A program made the position numbers and the translations under genes. Under the pieces are notes generated by a model, which saw nothing but the letters and a program-made list of their open reading frames with translations, made no database searches and had not been told where the DNA came from. From Auanema rhodensis (lineage: Eukaryota > Animalia > Nematoda): a stretch of DNA of 64,000 bases. Of this stretch, positions 1 to 13,300 are shown in pieces. Numbering within the stretch: the first letter of the stretch is position 1; every line of letters starts with the position of its first letter. The DNA is taken from positions 8,432,001-8,496,000 of the forward strand of contig OZ059899.1 in assembly GCA_964057225.1 (NCBI GenBank), written 5' to 3'.

Positions 1-1320
1 ACGTTGTAGATGTTGTTGTAGATGGAGTTGTGCTCGTTGTTGTAGATGGAGTTGTCGTTGACGTTGTAGATGTCGTTGTGGATGGCGTCGTGCTCGTTGT
101 TGTAGATGGAGTCGTCGTTGACGTTGTAGATGTTGTTGTGGATGGAGTCGTGCTCGTTGTTGTAGATGGAGTCGTCGTTGACGTTGTAGATGTTGTTGTA
201 GATGGAGTCGTGCTCGTTGTTGTAGATGGAGTCGTGCTCGTTGTTGTAGATGGAGTCGTCGTTGACGTTGTAGATGTTGTTGTAGATGGAGTTGTGCTCG
301 TTGTTGTAGATGGAGTCGTCGTTGACGTTGTAGATGTCGTCGTAGATGGAGTCGTGCTCGTTGTTGTAGATGGAGTCGTCGTTGACGTTGTAGATGTTGT
401 TGTGGATGGAGTCGTGCTCGTTGTTGTAGATGGAGTCGTCGTTGACGTTGTAGATGTTGTTGTAGATGGAGTCGTGCTCGTTGTTGTAGATGGAGTTGTC
501 GTTGACGTTGTAGATGTCGTTGTGGATGGCGTCGTCGTTGACGTTGTAGATGTTGTTGTAGATGCAGTTGTGCTCGTTGTTGTAGATGGAGTCGTCGTTG
601 ACGTTGTAGATGTCGTCGTAGATGGAGTTGTGCTCGTTGTTGTAGATGGAGTCGTCGTTGACGTTGTAGATGTTGTTGTAGATGGAGTTGTGCTCGTTGT
701 TGTAGATGGAGTTGTCGTTGACGTTGTAGATGTCGTTGTGGATGGCGTCGTGCTCGTTGTTGTAGATGGAGTCGTCGTTGACGTTGTAGATGTTGTTGTG
801 GATGGAGTCGTGCTCGTTGTTGTAGATGGAGTCGTCGTTGACGTTGTAGATGTTGTTGTAGATGGAGTCGTGCTCGTTGTTGTAGATGGAGTCGTCGTTG
901 ACGTTGTAGATGTTGTTGTAGATGGAGTTGTGGTCGTTGTTGTAGATGGAGTCGTCGTTGACGTTGTAGATGTCGTCGTAGATGGAGTCGTGCTCGTTGT
1001 TGTAGATGGAGTCGTCGTTGACGTTGTAGATGTTGTTGTGGATGGAGTCGTGCTCGTTGTTGTAGATGGAGTCGTCGTTGACGTTGTAGATGTTGTTGTA
1101 GATGGAGTCGTGCTCGTTGTTGTAGATGGAGTTGTCGTTGACGTTGTAGATGTCGTTGTGGATGGCGTCGTCGTTGACGTTGTAGATGTTGTTGTAGATG
1201 CAGTTGTGCTCGTTGTTGTAGATGGAGTCGTCGTTGACGTTGTAGATGTCGTCGTAGATGGAGTTGTGCTCGTTGTTGTAGATGGAGTCGTCGTTGACGT
1301 TGTAGATGTTGTTGTAGATG
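1..1320. repeat. Higher-order duplication, offset 660/636 bp
   Basis: Rare GGC at 84/744 (offset 660) and 528/1164 (636); rare GCA (Pro->Ala) at 564/1200 (636). The change in offset equals one 24-bp A unit. Confidence 0.8.
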
Positions 1321-4300
1321 GAGTCGTGCTCGTTGTAGTAGATGGTGTCGTCGTTGACGTTGTAGATGTCGTCGTAGATGGAGTCGTGCTCGTTGTTGTA
1401 GATGGAGTTGTGCTAGTTGTTGTAGATGGTGTCGTCGTTGACGTTGTAGATGTTGTTGTAGATGTTGTCGTAGATGGAGTCGTGCTCGTTGTTGTAGATG
1501 GAGTCGTGCTAGTTGTTGTAGATGGTGTCGTCGTTGACGTTGTAGATGTTGTTGTAGATGGAGTCGTCGTTGACGTTATAGATGTTGTTGTGGATGGTGT
1601 CGTCGTTGACGTTGTAGATGTTGTTGTAGATGGAGTCGTCGTTGACGTTGAAGATGTTGTCGTAGATGGAGTCGTGCTCGTTGTCGTTGATGGAGTCGTC
1701 GTTGACGTTGTAGATGTTGTTGTGGATGGTGTCGTCGTTGACGTTGTTGATGTCGTCGTAGATGGAGTCGTGCTCGTTGTTGTAGATGGAGTTGTGCTCG
1801 TTGTTGTAGATGGAGTCGTCGTTGACGTTGTAGATGTCGTCGTAGATGGAGTCGTGCTCGTTGTTGTAGATGGAGTCGTGCTCGTTGTTGTAGATGGAGT
1901 TGTCGTTGACGTTGTAGATGTTGTTGTGGATGGTGTCGTCGTTGACGTTGTAGATGTTGTTGTAGATGGAGTCGTGCTCGTTGTTGTAGATGGAGTTGTG
2001 CTCGTTGTTGTAGATGGTGTCGTCGTTGACGTTGTAGATGTTGTTGTGGATGGTGTCGTCGTTGACGTTGTAGATGTTGTTGTAGATGGAGTCGTCGTTG
2101 ACGTTGTAGATGTTGTCGTAGATGGAGTCGTGCTCGTTGTCGTTGATGGAGTCGTCGTTGACGTTGTAGATGTTGTTGTGGATGGTGTCGTCGTTGACGT
2201 TGTTGATGTCGTCGTAGATGGAGTCGTGCTCGTTGTTGTAGATGGAGTCGTCGTTGATGTTGTTGATGTTGTTGTAGATGGTGTCGTCGTTGACGTTGTT
2301 GATGTCGTCGTAGATGGAGTCGTGCTCGTTGTTGTAGATGGAGTCGTCGTTGACGTTGTAGATGTTGTTGTGGATGGTGTCGTCGTTGACGTTGTTGATG
2401 TCGTCGTAGATGGAGTCGTGCTCGTTGTCGTTGATGGAGTCGTCGTTGACGTTGTAGATGTTGTTGTGGATGGTGTCGTCGTTGACGTTGTTGATGTCGT
2501 CGTAGATGGAGTCGTGCTCGTTGTTGTAGATGGAGTCGTCGTTGAAGTTGTAGATGTCGTCGTAGATGGAGTCGTGCTCGTTGTTGTAGATGGAGTCGTG
2601 CTCGTTGTTGTAGATGGAGTTGTCGTTGACGTTGTAGATGTTGTTGTGGATGGTGTCGTCGTTGACGTTGTAGATGTTGTTGTAGATGGAGTCGTGCTCG
2701 TTCTTGTAGATGGAGTTGTGCTCGTTGTTGTAGATGGTGTCGTCGTTGACGTTGTAGATGTTGTTGTGGATGGTGTCGTCGTTGACGTTGTAGATGTTGT
2801 TGTAGATGGAGTCGTCGTTGACGTTGTAGATGTTGTTGTGGATGGTGTCGTCGTTGACGTTGTTGATGTCGTCGTAGATGGAGTCGTGCTCGTTGTTGTA
2901 GATGGAGTCGTCGTTGATGTTGTTGATGTTGTTGTAGATGGAGTCGTGCTCGTTGTTCTAGATGGAGTCGTCGTTGACGTTGTAGATGTCGTCGTAGATG
3001 GAGTCGTGCTCGTTGTTGTAGATGGAGTCGTCGTTGACGTTGAAGATGTTGTCGTAGATGGAGTCGTGCTCGTTGTCGTTGATGGAGTCGTCGTTGACGT
3101 TGTAGATGTTGTTGTGGATGGTGTCGTCGTTGACGTTGTTGATGTCGTCGTAGATGGAGTCGTGCTCGTTGTTGTAGATGGAGTTGTGCTCGTTGTTGTA
3201 GATGGAGTCGTCGTTGACGTTGTAGATGTCGTCGTAGATGGAGTCGTGCTCGTTGTTGTAGATGGAGTCGTGCTCGTTGTTGTAGATGGAGTTGTCGTTG
3301 ACGTTGTAGATGTTGTTGTGGATGGTGTCGTCGTTGACGTTGTAGATGTTGTTGTAGATGGAGTCGTGCTCGTTGTTGTAGATGGAGTTGTGCTCGTTGT
3401 TGTAGATGGTGTCGTCGTTGACGTTGTAGATGTTGTTGTGGATGGTGTCGTCGTTGACGTTGTAGATGTTGTTGTAGATGGAGTCGTCGTTGACGTTGTA
3501 GATGTTGTCGTAGATGGAGTCGTGCTCGTTGTCGTTGATGGAGTCGTCGTTGACGTTGTAGATGTTGTTGTGGATGGTGTCGTCGTTGACGTTGTTGATG
3601 TCGTCGTAGATGGAGTCGTGCTCGTTGTTGTAGATGGAGTCGTCGTTGATGTTGTTGATGTTGTTGTAGATGGTGTCGTCGTTGACGTTGTTGATGTCGT
3701 CGTAGATGGAGTCGTGCTCGTTGTTGTAGATGGAGTCGTCGTTGACGTTGTAGATGTTGTTGTGGATGGTGTCGTCGTTGACGTTGTTGATGTCGTCGTA
3801 GATGGAGTCGTGCTCGTTGTCGTTGATGGAGTCGTCGTTGACGTTGTAGATGTTGTTGTGGATGGTGTCGTCGTTGACGTTGTTGATGTCGTCGTAGATG
3901 GAGTCGTGCTCGTTGTTGTAGATGGAGTCGTCGTTGAAGTTGTAGATGTCGTCGTAGATGGAGTCGTGCTCGTTGTTGTAGATGGAGTCGTGCTCGTTGT
4001 TGTAGATGGAGTTGTCGTTGACGTTGTAGATGTTGTTGTGGATGGTGTCGTCGTTGACGTTGTAGATGTTGTTGTAGATGGAGTCGTGCTCGTTCTTGTA
4101 GATGGAGTTGTGCTCGTTGTTGTAGATGGTGTCGTCGTTGACGTTGTAGATGTTGTTGTGGATGGTGTCGTCGTTGACGTTGTAGATGTTGTTGTAGATG
4201 GAGTCGTCGTTGACGTTGTAGATGTTGTTGTGGATGGTGTCGTCGTTGACGTTGTTGATGTCGTCGTAGATGGAGTCGTGCTCGTTGTTGTAGATGGAGT

Positions 4301-7300
4301 CGTCGTTGATGTTGTTGATGTTGTTGTAGATGGAGTCGTGCTCGTTGTTCTAGATGGAGTCGTCGTTGACGTTGTAGATGTCGTCGTAGATGGAGTCGTG
4401 CTCGTTGTTGTAGATGGAGTCGTGCTCGTTGTTGTAGATGGAGTTGTCGTTGACGTTGTAGATGTTGTTGTGGATGGTGTCGTCGTTGACGTTGTAGATG
4501 TTGTTGTAGATGGAGTCGTGCTCGTTGTTGTAGATGGAGTTGTGCTCGTTGTTGTAGATGGAGTCGTCGTTGACGTTGTAGATGTCGTCGTAGATGGAGT
4601 CGTGCTCGTTGTTGTAGATGGAGTTGTGCTCGTTGTTGTAGATGGAGTCGTCGTTGATGTTGTAGATGTTGTTGTAGATGGAGTCGTCGTTGACGTTGTA
4701 GATGTTGTTGTGGATGGTGTCGTCGTTGACGTTGTAGATGTTGTTGTAGATGGAGTCGTCGTTGACGTTGAAGATGTTGTCGTAGATGGAGTCGTGCTCG
4801 TTGTCGTTGATGGAGTCGTCGTTGACGTTGTAGATGTTGTTGTGGATGGTGTCGTCGTTGACGTTGTTGATGTCGTCGTAGATGGAGTCGTGCTCGTTGT
4901 TGTAGATGGAGTTGTGCTCGTTGTTGTAGATGGAGTCGTCGTTGACGTTGTAGATGTCGTCGTAGATGGAGTCGTGCTCGTTGTTGTAGATGGAGTCGTG
5001 CTCGTTGTTGTAGATGGAGTTGTCGTTGACGTTGTAGATGTTGTTGTGGATGGTGTCGTCGTTGACGTTGTTGATGTCGTCGTAGATGGAGTCGTGCTCG
5101 TTGTTGTAGATGGAGTTGTGCTCGTTGTTGTAGATGGAGTCGTCGTTGACGTTGTAGATGTCGTCGTAGATGGAGTCGTGCTCGTTGTTGTAGATGGAGT
5201 CGTGCTCGTTGTTGTAGATGGAGTTGTCGTTGACGTTGTAGATGTTGTTGTGGATGGTGTCGTCGTTGACGTTGTAGATGTTGTTGTAGATGGAGTTGTG
5301 CTCGTTGTTGTAGATGGAGTCGTCGTTGACGTTGTAGATGTCGTCGTAGATGGAGTCGTGCTCGTTGTTGTAGATGGAGTCGTGCTCGTTGTTGTAGATG
5401 GAGTCGTCGTTGATGTTGTTGATGTTGTTGTAGATGGAGTCGTCGTTGACGTTGTAGATGTTGTTGTAGATGGAGTCGTGCTCGTTGTTGTAGATGGAGT
5501 CGTCGTTGATGTTGTTGATGTTGTTGTAGATGGTGTCGTCGTTGACGTTGTTGATGTCGTCGTAGATGGAGTCGTGCTCGTTGTTGTAGATGGAGTCGTC
5601 GTTGACGTTGTAGATGTTGTTGTGGATGGTGTCGTCGTTGACGTTGTTGATGTCGTCGTAGATGGAGTCGTGCTCGTTGTCGTTGATGGAGTCGTCGTTG
5701 ACGTTGTAGATGTTGTTGTGGATGGTGTCGTCGTTGACGTTGTTGATGTCGTCGTAGATGGAGTCGTGCTCGTTGTTGTAGATGGAGTCGTCGTTGACGT
5801 TGTAGATGTCGTCGTAGATGGAGTCGTGCTCGTTGTTGTAGATGGAGTCGTGCTCGTTGTTGTAGATGGAGTTGTCGTTGACGTTGTAGATGTTGTTGTG
5901 GATGGTGTCGTCGTAGACGTTGTAGATGTTGTTGTAGATGGAGTCGTGCTCGTTCTTGTAGATGGAGTTGTGCTCGTTGTTGTAGATGGTGTCGTCGTTG
6001 ACGTTGTAGATGTTGTTGTGGATGGTGTCGTCGTTGACGTTGTAGATGTTGTTGTAGATGGAGTCGTCGTTGACGTTGTAGATGTTGTTGTGGATGGTGT
6101 CGTCGTTGACGTTGTTGATGTCGTCGTAGATGGAGTCGTGCTCGTTGTTGTAGATGGAGTCGTCGTTGATGTTGTTGATGTTGTTGTAGATGGAGTCGTG
6201 CTCGTTGTTCTAGATGGAGTCGTCGTTGACGTTGTAGATGTCGTCGTAGATGGAGTCGTGCTCGTTGTTGTAGATGGAGTCGTGCTCGTTGTTGTAGATG
6301 GAGTTGTCGTTGACGTTGTAGATGTTGTTGTGGATGGTGTCGTCGTTGACGTTGTAGATGTTGTTGTAGATGGAGTCGTGCTCGTTGTTGTAGATGGAGT
6401 TGTGCTCGTTGTTGTAGATGGAGTCGTCGTTGACGTTGTAGATGTCGTCGTAGATGGAGTCGTGCTCGTTGTTGTAGATGGAGTTGTGCTCGTTGTTGTA
6501 GATGGAGTCGTCGTTGATGTTGTAGATGTTGTTGTAGATGGAGTCGTCGTTGACGTTGTAGATGTTGTTGTGGATGGTGTCGTCGTTGACGTTGTAGATG
6601 TTGTTGTAGATGGAGTCGTCGTTGACGTTGAAGATGTTGTCGTAGATGGAGTCGTGCTCGTTGTCGTTGATGGAGTCGTCGTTGACGTTGTAGATGTTGT
6701 TGTGGATGGTGTCGTCGTTGACGTTGTTGATGTCGTCGTAGATGGAGTCGTGCTCGTTGTTGTAGATGGAGTTGTGCTCGTTGTTGTAGATGGAGTCGTC
6801 GTTGACGTTGTAGATGTCGTCGTAGATGGAGTCGTGCTCGTTGTTGTAGATGGAGTCGTGCTCGTTGTTGTAGATGGAGTTGTCGTTGACGTTGTAGATG
6901 TTGTTGTGGATGGTGTCGTCGTTGACGTTGTAGATGTTGTTGTAGATGGAGTCGTGCTCGTTGTTGTAGATGGAGTTGTGCTCGTTGTTGTAGATGGTGT
7001 CGTCGTTGACGTTGTAGATGTTGTTGTGGATGGTGTCGTCGTTGACGTTGTAGATGTTGTTGTAGATGGAGTCGTCGTTGACGTTGTAGATGTTGTCGTA
7101 GATGGAGTCGTGCTCGTTGTCGTTGATGGAGTCGTCGTTGACGTTGTAGATGTTGTTGTGGATGGTGTCGTCGTTGACGTTGTAGATGTTGTTGTAGATG
7201 GAGTCGTGCTCGTTGTTGTAGATGGAGTTGTGCTCGTTGTTGTAGATGGTGTCGTCGTTGACGTTGTAGATGTTGTTGTAGATGGAGTCGTCGTTGACGT

Positions 7301-10300
7301 TGTAGATGTTGTTGTGGATGGTGTCGTCGTTGACGTTGTTGATGTCGTCGTAGATGGAGTCGTGCTCGTTGTTGTAGATGGAGTCGTCGTTGACGTTGTA
7401 GATGTCGTCGTAGATGGAGTCGTGCTCGTTGTTGTAGATGGAGTCGTGCTCGTTGTTGTAGATGGAGTTGTGCTCGTTGTTGTAGATGGTGTCGTCGTTG
7501 ACGTTGTAGATGTTGTTGTAGATGGAGTCGTCGTTGACGTTGTAGATGTTGTTGTGGATGGTGTCGTCGTTGACGTTGTTGATGTTGTTGTAGATGGAGT
7601 CGTGCTCGTTGTTGTAGATGGAGTCGTCGTTGACGTTGTAGATGTCGTCGTAGATGGAGTCGTGCTCGTTGTTGTAGATGGAGTCGTGCTCGTTGTTGTA
7701 GATGGAGTTGTCGTTGACGTTGTAGATGTTGTTGTGGATGGTGTCGTCGTTGACGTTGTAGATGTTGTTGTAGATGGAGTCGTGCTCGTTGTTGTAGATG
7801 GAGTTGTGCTCGTTGTTGTAGATGGTGTCGTCGTTGACGTTGTAGATGTTGTTGTGGATGGTGTCGTCGTTGACGTTGTAGATGTTGTTGTAGATGGAGT
7901 CGTCGTTGACGTTGTAGATGTTGTTGTGGATGGTGTCGTCGTTGACGTTGTTGATGTCGTCGTAGATGGAGTCGTGCTCGTTGTTGTAGATGGAGTCGTC
8001 GTTGATGTTGTTGATGTTGTTGTAGATGGAGTCGTGCTCGTTGTTGTAGATGGAGTCGTCGTTGACGTTGTAGATGTCGTCGTAGATGGAGTCGTGCTCG
8101 TTGTTGTAGATGGAGTCGTGCTCGTTGTTTTAGATGGAGTTGTCGTTGACGTTGTAGATGTTGTCGTAGATGGAGTCGTGCTCGTTGTTGTAGATGGAGT
8201 TGTGCTCGTTGTTGTAGATGGAGTCGTCGTTGACGTTGTAGATGTCGTCGTAGATGGAGTCGTGCTCGTTGTTGTAGATGGAGTCGTGCTCGTTGTTGTA
8301 GATGGAGTCGTCGTTGATGTTGTAGATGTTGTTGTAGATGGAGTCGTCGTTGACGTTGTAGATGTTGTTGTAGATGGAGTCGTGCTCGTTGTTGTAGATG
8401 GAGTTGTGCTCGTTGTTGTGGATGGTGTCGTCGTTGACGTTGTAGATGTTGTTGTAGATGGAGTCGTGCTCGTTGTTGTAGATGGAGTCGTGCTCGTTGT
8501 TGTAGATGGAGTCGTCGTTGATGTTGTAGATGTTGTTGTAGATGGAGTCGTCGTTGACGTTGTAGATGTTGTTGTAGATGGAGTCGTGCTCGTTGTCGTT
8601 GATGGAGTCGTCGTTGACGTTGTAGATGTTGTTGTGGATGGTGTCGTCGTTGACGTTGTTGATGTCGTCGTAGATGGAGTTGTGCTCGTTGTTGTAGATG
8701 GAGTTGTGCTCGTTGTTGTAGATGGAGTCGTCGTTGACGTTGTAGATGTCGTCGTAGATGGAGTCGTGCTCGTTGTTGTAGATGGAGTCGTGCTCGTTGT
8801 TGTAGATGGAGTCGTGCTCGTTGTTGTAGATGGAGTTGTTGTTGACGTTGTAGATGTTGTTGTGGATGGTGTCGTCGTTGACGTTGTAGATGTTGTTGTA
8901 GATGGAGTCGTGCTCGCTGTTGTAGATGGAGTTGTGCTCGTTGTTGTAGATGGAGTTGTGCTCGTTGTTGTAGATGGTGTCGTCGTTGACGTTGTAGATG
9001 TTGTTGTGGATGGTGTCGTCGTTGACGTTGTAGATGTTGTTGTAGATGGAGTCGTCGTTGACGTTGTAGATGTTGTCGTAGATGGAGTCGTGCTCGTTGT
9101 CGTTGATGGAGTCGTCGTTGACGTTGTAGATGTTGTTGTGGATGGTGTCGTCGTTGACGTTGTTGATGTCGTCGTAGATGGAGTCGTGCTCGTTGTTGTA
9201 GATGGAGTCGTCGTTGATGTTGTTGATGTTGTTGTAGATGGAGTCGTGCTCGTTGTTGTAGATGGAGTCGTCGTTGACGTTGTAGATGTCGTCGTAGATG
9301 GAGTCGTGCTCGTTGTTGTAGATGGAGTCGTGCTCGTTGTTGTAGATGGAGTTGTCGTTGACGTTGTAGATGTTGTTGTGGATGGTGTCGTCGTTGACGT
9401 TGTAGATGTTGTTGTAGATGGAGTCGTGCTCGTTGTTGTAGATGGAGTTGTGCTCGTTGTTGTAGATGGTGTTGTCGTTGACGTTGTAGATGTTGTTGTG
9501 GATGGTGTCGTCGTTGACGTTGTAGATGTTGTTGTAGATGGAGTCGTCGTTGACGTTGTAGATGTTGTTGTGGATGGTGTCGTCGTTGACGTTGTTGATG
9601 TCGTCGTAGATGGAGTCGTGCTCGTTGTTGTAGATGGAGTCGTCGTTGATGTTGTTGATGTTGTTGTAGATGGAGTCGTGCTCGTTGTTGTAGATGGAGT
9701 CGTCGTTGACGTTGTAGATGTCGTCGTAGATGGAGTCGTGCTCGTTGTTGTAGATGGAGTCGTGCTCGTTGTTGTAGATGGAGTTGTCGTTGACGTTGTA
9801 GATGTTGTTGTAGATGGAGTCGTGCTCGTTGTTGTAGATGGAGTTGTGCTCGTTGTTGTAGATGGAGTCGTCGTTGACGTTGTAGATGTCGTCGTAGATG
9901 GAGTCGTGCTCGTTGTTGTAGATGGAGTCGTGCTCGTTGTTGTAGATGGAGTCGTCGTTGATGTTGTAGATGTTGTTGTAGATGGAGTCGTCGTTGACGT
10001 TGTAGATGTTGTTGTAGATGGAGTCGTGCTCGTTGTTGTAGATGGAGTTGTGCTCGTTGTTGTAGATGGAGTCGTCGTTGACGTTGTAGATGTCGTCGTA
10101 GATGGAGTCGTGCTCGTTGTTGTAGATGGAGTCGTCGTTGATGTTGTAGATGTTGTTGTGGATGGTGTCGTCGTTGACGTTGTAGATGTTGTTGTAGATG
10201 GAGTCGTGCTCGTTGTTGTAGATGGAGTTGTGCTCGTTGTTGTAGATGGAGTCGTCGTTGACGTTGTAGATGTTGTCGTAGATGGAGTCGTGCTCGTTGT

Positions 10301-13300
10301 TGTAGATGGAGTCGTGCTCGTTGTTGTAGATGGAGTCGTCGTTGATGTTGTAGATGTTGTTGTAGATGGAGTCGTAGTTGACGTTGTAGATGTTGTTGTG
10401 GATGGTGTCGTCGTTGACGTTGTTGATGTCGTCGTAGATGGAGTCGTGCTCGTTGTTGTAGATGGAGTCGTCGTTGATGTTGTTGATGTTGTTGTAGATG
10501 GAGTCGTGCTCGTTGTTGTAGATGGAGTTGTCGTTGACGTTGTAGATGTTGTTGTAGATGGAGTCGTGCTCGTTGTTGTAGATGGAGTTGTGCTCGTTGT
10601 TGTAGATGGAGTCGTGCTCGTTGTTGTAGATGGAGTCGTGCTCGTTGTTGTAGATGGAGTTGTCGTTGACGTTGTAGATGTTGTTGTAGATGGAGTCGTG
10701 CTCGTTGTTGTAGATGGAGTTGTGCTCGTTGTTGTAGATGGAGTCGTCGTTGACGTTGTAGATGTCGTCGTAGATGGAGTCGTGCTCGTTGTTGTAGATG
10801 GAGTCGTGCTCGTTGTTGTAGATGGAGTCGTCGTTGATGTTGTAGATGTTGTTGTAGATGGAGTCGTCGTTGACGTTGTAGATGTTGTTGTAGATGGAGT
10901 CGTGCTCGTTGTTGTAGATGGAGTTGTGCTCGTTGTTGTAGATGGAGTCGTCGTTGACGTTGTAGATGTCGTCGTAGATGGAGTCGTGCTCGTTGTTGTA
11001 GATGGAGTCGTCGTTGATGTTGTAGATGTTGTTGTGGATGGTGTCGTCGTTGACGTTGTAGATGTTGTTGTAGATGGAGTCGTGCTCGTTGTTGTAGATG
11101 GAGTTGTGCTCGTTGTTGTAGATGGAGTCGTCGTTGACGTTGTAGATGTTGTCGTAGATGGAGTCGTGCTCGTTGTTGTAGATGGAGTCGTGCTCGTTGT
11201 TGTAGATGGAGTCGTCGTTGATGTTGTAGATGTTGTTGTAGATGGAGTCGTAGTTGACGTTGTAGATGTTGTTGTGGATGGTGTCGTCGTTGACGTTGTT
11301 GATGTCGTCGTAGATGGAGTCGTGCTCGTTGTTGTAGATGGAGTCGTCGTTGATGTTGTTGATGTTGTTGTAGATGGAGTCGTGCTCGTTGTTCTAGATG
11401 GAGTCGTCGTTGACGTTGTAGATGTCGTCGTAGATGGAGTCGTGCTCGTTGTTGTAGATGGAGTCGTGCTCGTTGTTGTAGATGGAGTTGTCGTTGACGT
11501 TGTAGATGTTGTTGTGGATGGTGTCGTCGTTGACGTTGTAGATGTTGTTGTAGATGGAGTCGTGCTCGTTGTTGTAGATGGAGTTGTGCTCGTTGTTGTA
11601 GATGGAGTCGTCGTTGACGTTGTAGATGTCGTCGTAGATGGAGTCGTGCTCGTTGTTGTAGATGGAGTCGTGCTCGTTGTTGTAGATGGAGTCGTCGTTG
11701 ATGTTGTAGATGTTGTTGTAGATGGAGTCGTCGTTGACGTTGTAGATGTTGTTGTGGATGGTGTCGTCGTTGACGTTGTAGATGTTGTTGTAGATGGAGT
11801 CGTCGTTGACGTTGAAGATGTTGTCGTAGATGGAGTCGTGCTCGTTGTCGTTGATGGAGTCGTCGTTGACGTTGTAGATGTTGTTGTGGATGGTGTCGTC
11901 GTTGACGTTGTTGATGTCGTCGTAGATGGAGTCGTGCTCGTTGTTGTAGATGGAGTTGTGCTCGTTGTTGTAGATGGAGTCGTCGTTGACGTTGTAGATG
12001 TCGTCGTAGATGGAGTCGTGCTCGTTGTTGTAGATGGAGTCGTGCTCGTTGTTGTAGATGGAGTTGTGCTCGTTGTTGTAGATGGAGTCGTCGTTGACGT
12101 TGTAGATGTCGTCGTAGATGGAGTCGTGCTCGTTGTTGTAGATGGAGTCGTCGTTGATGTTGTAGATGTTGTTGTGGATGGTGTCGTCGTTGACGTTGTA
12201 GATGTTGTTGTAGATGGAGTCGTGCTCGTTGTTGTAGATGGAGTTGTGCTCGTTGTTGTAGATGGAGTTGTGCTCGTTGTTGTAGATGGAGTCGTCGTTG
12301 ACGTTGTAGATGTCGTCGTAGATGGAGTCGTGCTCGTTGTTGTAGATGGAGTCGTCGTTGATGTTGTAGATGTTGTTGTGGATGGTGTCGTCGTTGACGT
12401 TGTAGATGTTGTTGTAGATGGAGTCGTGCTCGTTGTTGTAGATGGAGTTGTGCTCGTTGTTGTAGATGGAGTTGTGCTCGTTGTTGTAGATGGAGTCGTC
12501 GTTGACGTTGTAGATGTCGTCGTAGATGGAGTCGTGCTCGTTGTTGTAGATGGAGTCGTGCTCGTTGTTGTAGATGGAGTTGTCGTTGACGTTGTAGATG
12601 TTGTTGTGGATGGTGTCGTCGTTGACGTTGTTGATGTCGTCGTAGATGGAGTCGTGCTCGTTGTTGTAGATGGAGTCGTCGTTGATGTTGTTGATGTTGT
12701 TGTAGATGGAGTCGTGCTCGTTGTTCTAGATGGAGTCGTCGTTGACGTTGTAGATGTCGTCGTAGATGGAGTCGTGCTCGTTGTTGTAGATGGAGTCGTC
12801 GTTGACGTTGTAGATGTCGTCGTAGATGGAGTCGTGCTCGTTGTTGTAGATGGAGTCGTGCTCGTTGTTGTAGATGGAGTTGTCGTTGACGTTGTAGATG
12901 TTGTTGTGGATGGTGTCGTCGTTGACGTTGTAGATGTTGTTGTAGATGGAGTCGTGCTCGTTGTTGTAGATGGAGTTGTGCTCGTTGTTGTAGATGGAGT
13001 CGTCGTTGACGTTGTAGATGTTGTCGTAGATGGAGTCGTGCTCGTTGTTGTAGATGGAGTCGTGCTCGTTGTTGTAGATGGAGTCGTCGTTGATGTTGTA
13101 GATGTTGTTGTAGATGGAGTCGTCGTTGATGTTGTAGATGTTGTTGTAGATGGAGTCGTCGTTGACGTTGTAGATGTTGTTGTGGATGGTGTCGTCGTTG
13201 ACGTTGTTGATGTCGTCGTAGATGGAGTCGTGCTCGTTGTTGTAGATGGAGTCGTGCTCGTTGTTGTAGATGGAGTCGTCGTTGATGTTGTAGATGTTGT

